In this document: positions 23,488-24,349 of the stretch, piece after piece
Layout of the letters: each line of letters begins with the position of its first letter
Position numbering within the stretch: the stretch's first letter is position 1
Origin: an uncultured Phycisphaeraceae bacterium
Lineage (GTDB): Bacteria; Planctomycetota; Phycisphaerae; Phycisphaerales; UBA1924
Direction: 5' to 3'
Assembly: GCA_964477615.1 (NCBI GenBank)
Contig: CAYZFW010000002.1
Span: 1 to 24,349 of the forward strand
DNA length: 24,349 nt
The notes under the pieces: generated by a model
Databases searched by the model: none
What the model was told of the DNA's origin: nothing
Seen by the model: only the letters and a program-made list of their open reading frames with translations
Made by a program: the position numbers and the translations under genes

Positions 23488-24349
23488 TCGTTTTGAGGAA
23501 CCCCACCGCCCCCGCCCCGTCCACAATCCTGTGGTCGTACGACAGCGCCAGGTACATCATCGGGCGCAGCGCGATCTGGCCGGGGTTCTCCGGGTCTTCC
23601 ACGGGGCGCTTCACGATGTTGTGCATGCCCAGGATGCCCGACTGCGGCGGGTTCAGGATCGGCGTGCTCATCAGGCTGCCGTAGACGCCGCCGTTGCTGA
23701 TGGTGAACGTGCCGCCCTGCATGTCCTCGATGGCGAGTTTGTTGTCGCGGGCCTTGAGCGCCAGGGCGTTGATGCCCGACTCGATCTCGGCGAAGCCCAG
23801 GCCTTCACAGTTGCGCAGCACCGGGACCACCAGGCCGCGGTCGGTCCCCACCGCCACGGCGATATCGCAGTAGTCGTGGTACTCCACCTCCGACCCCGGC
23901 TTGCCGTCGCCGCCGCTGGGGGTCGTGATGTACGCGTTGACCGCGGGGTACTTCTGCAGCGCCGCGACGGCGGCCTTGACGAAGAACGACATGAAGCCGA
24001 GCTTGACGCCGTGACGCTTCTCGAAGGCGTCCTTGTGCTTGTTGCGCAAGGCCATGACGTTCGTCATGTCGCACTCGTTGAAGGTCGTGAGCATCGCGGC
24101 GTTGTGCTGCGCCTCGACGAGGCGCGTGGCGATACGCTGGCGGAGCGTGGTCATCCGCTCGCGCCGCACGCCGCGACCGCCGGGGGCGGCGACGGGTGGC
24201 ACCGGTCTCTGCCCGGTGCTGGGCGCGGCGCTCGACGACGCACCGGCGGATGATCCCGCCCCCGCCACATACGCCTTGACATCCTGCTCACGCACGCGCC
24301 CGCCGGGGCCGGTGGGTTCGATCTTCGAGAGATCAACGCGGGATTCCTC
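23441..24349 (-). CDS. sucB: Dihydrolipoyllysine-residue succinyltransferase (E2 of 2-oxoglutarate dehydrogenase); 5' end outside the window
   Basis: The frame stays open to the window edge (E3-binding [13 protein letters not shown]); [54 protein letters not shown] and catalytic SYDHRIVDG. Confidence 0.96.
   Translation of the reverse strand, partial: EESRVDLSKIEPTGPGGRVREQDVKAYVAGAGSSAGASSSAAPSTGQRPVPPVAAPGGRGVRRERMTTLRQRIATRLVEAQHNAAMLTTFNECDMTNVMALRNKHKDAFEKRHGVKLGFMSFFVKAAVAALQKYPAVNAYITTPSGGDGKPGSEVEYHDYCDIAVAVGTDRGLVVPVLRNCEGLGFAEIESGINALALKARDNKLAIEDMQGGTFTISNGGVYGSLMSTPILNPPQSGILGMHNIVKRPVEDPENPGQIALRPMMYLALSYDHRIVDGAGAVGFLKTIKEGIEDPARLMLGV

Noticed and set aside
23880-23940. Short Gly/Pro-rich insertion in the SucB catalytic domain ([13 protein letters not shown]) and a similar loop insertion in the agmatinase
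   Set aside because: Probably surface-loop length variation; catalytic motifs are intact and there are no intein or splicing signatures.

Overview
GC-rich bacterial chromosomal window, probably from a Phycisphaerales/Planctomycetota genome. The taxonomy is inferred from the Cys-flanked dockerin-like C-termini and is not proven. Left 11.3 kb: four large secreted modular proteins (a beta-helix protein truncated at the window edge, an M10-type metalloprotease, a 1.1-kaa Ig-repeat/beta-helix surface protein, an M12-type metalloprotease) plus ruvX. The three complete ones end in a dockerin-like double Ca-loop module. Middle: an orphan beta-class DNA methyltransferase, then six co-oriented minus-strand genes (agmatinase-family, thioredoxin, C39-like peptidase, RLAN-RimK ATP-grasp ligase, GCS2 ligase, N-formylglutamate amidohydrolase-like). 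Right: a pseudo-receiver GGDEF cyclase, tRNA-Ala(GGC), an inverted heptamer-repeat/G4-type element, upp, then an accessory patch before sucB (partial). The patch holds an IS200-like Y1 HUH transposase without tnpB, flanked by three copies of a ~90-110 bp three-hairpin unit with compensatory base changes and mostly GNA triloops, followed by a low-GC HNH-like gene. The best candidates for under-described systems are this REP-like hairpin/TnpA/HNH patch, the peptide ligase-hydrolase cluster and the dockerin-tagged protease cluster. All calls come from motif reading; no searches were run.
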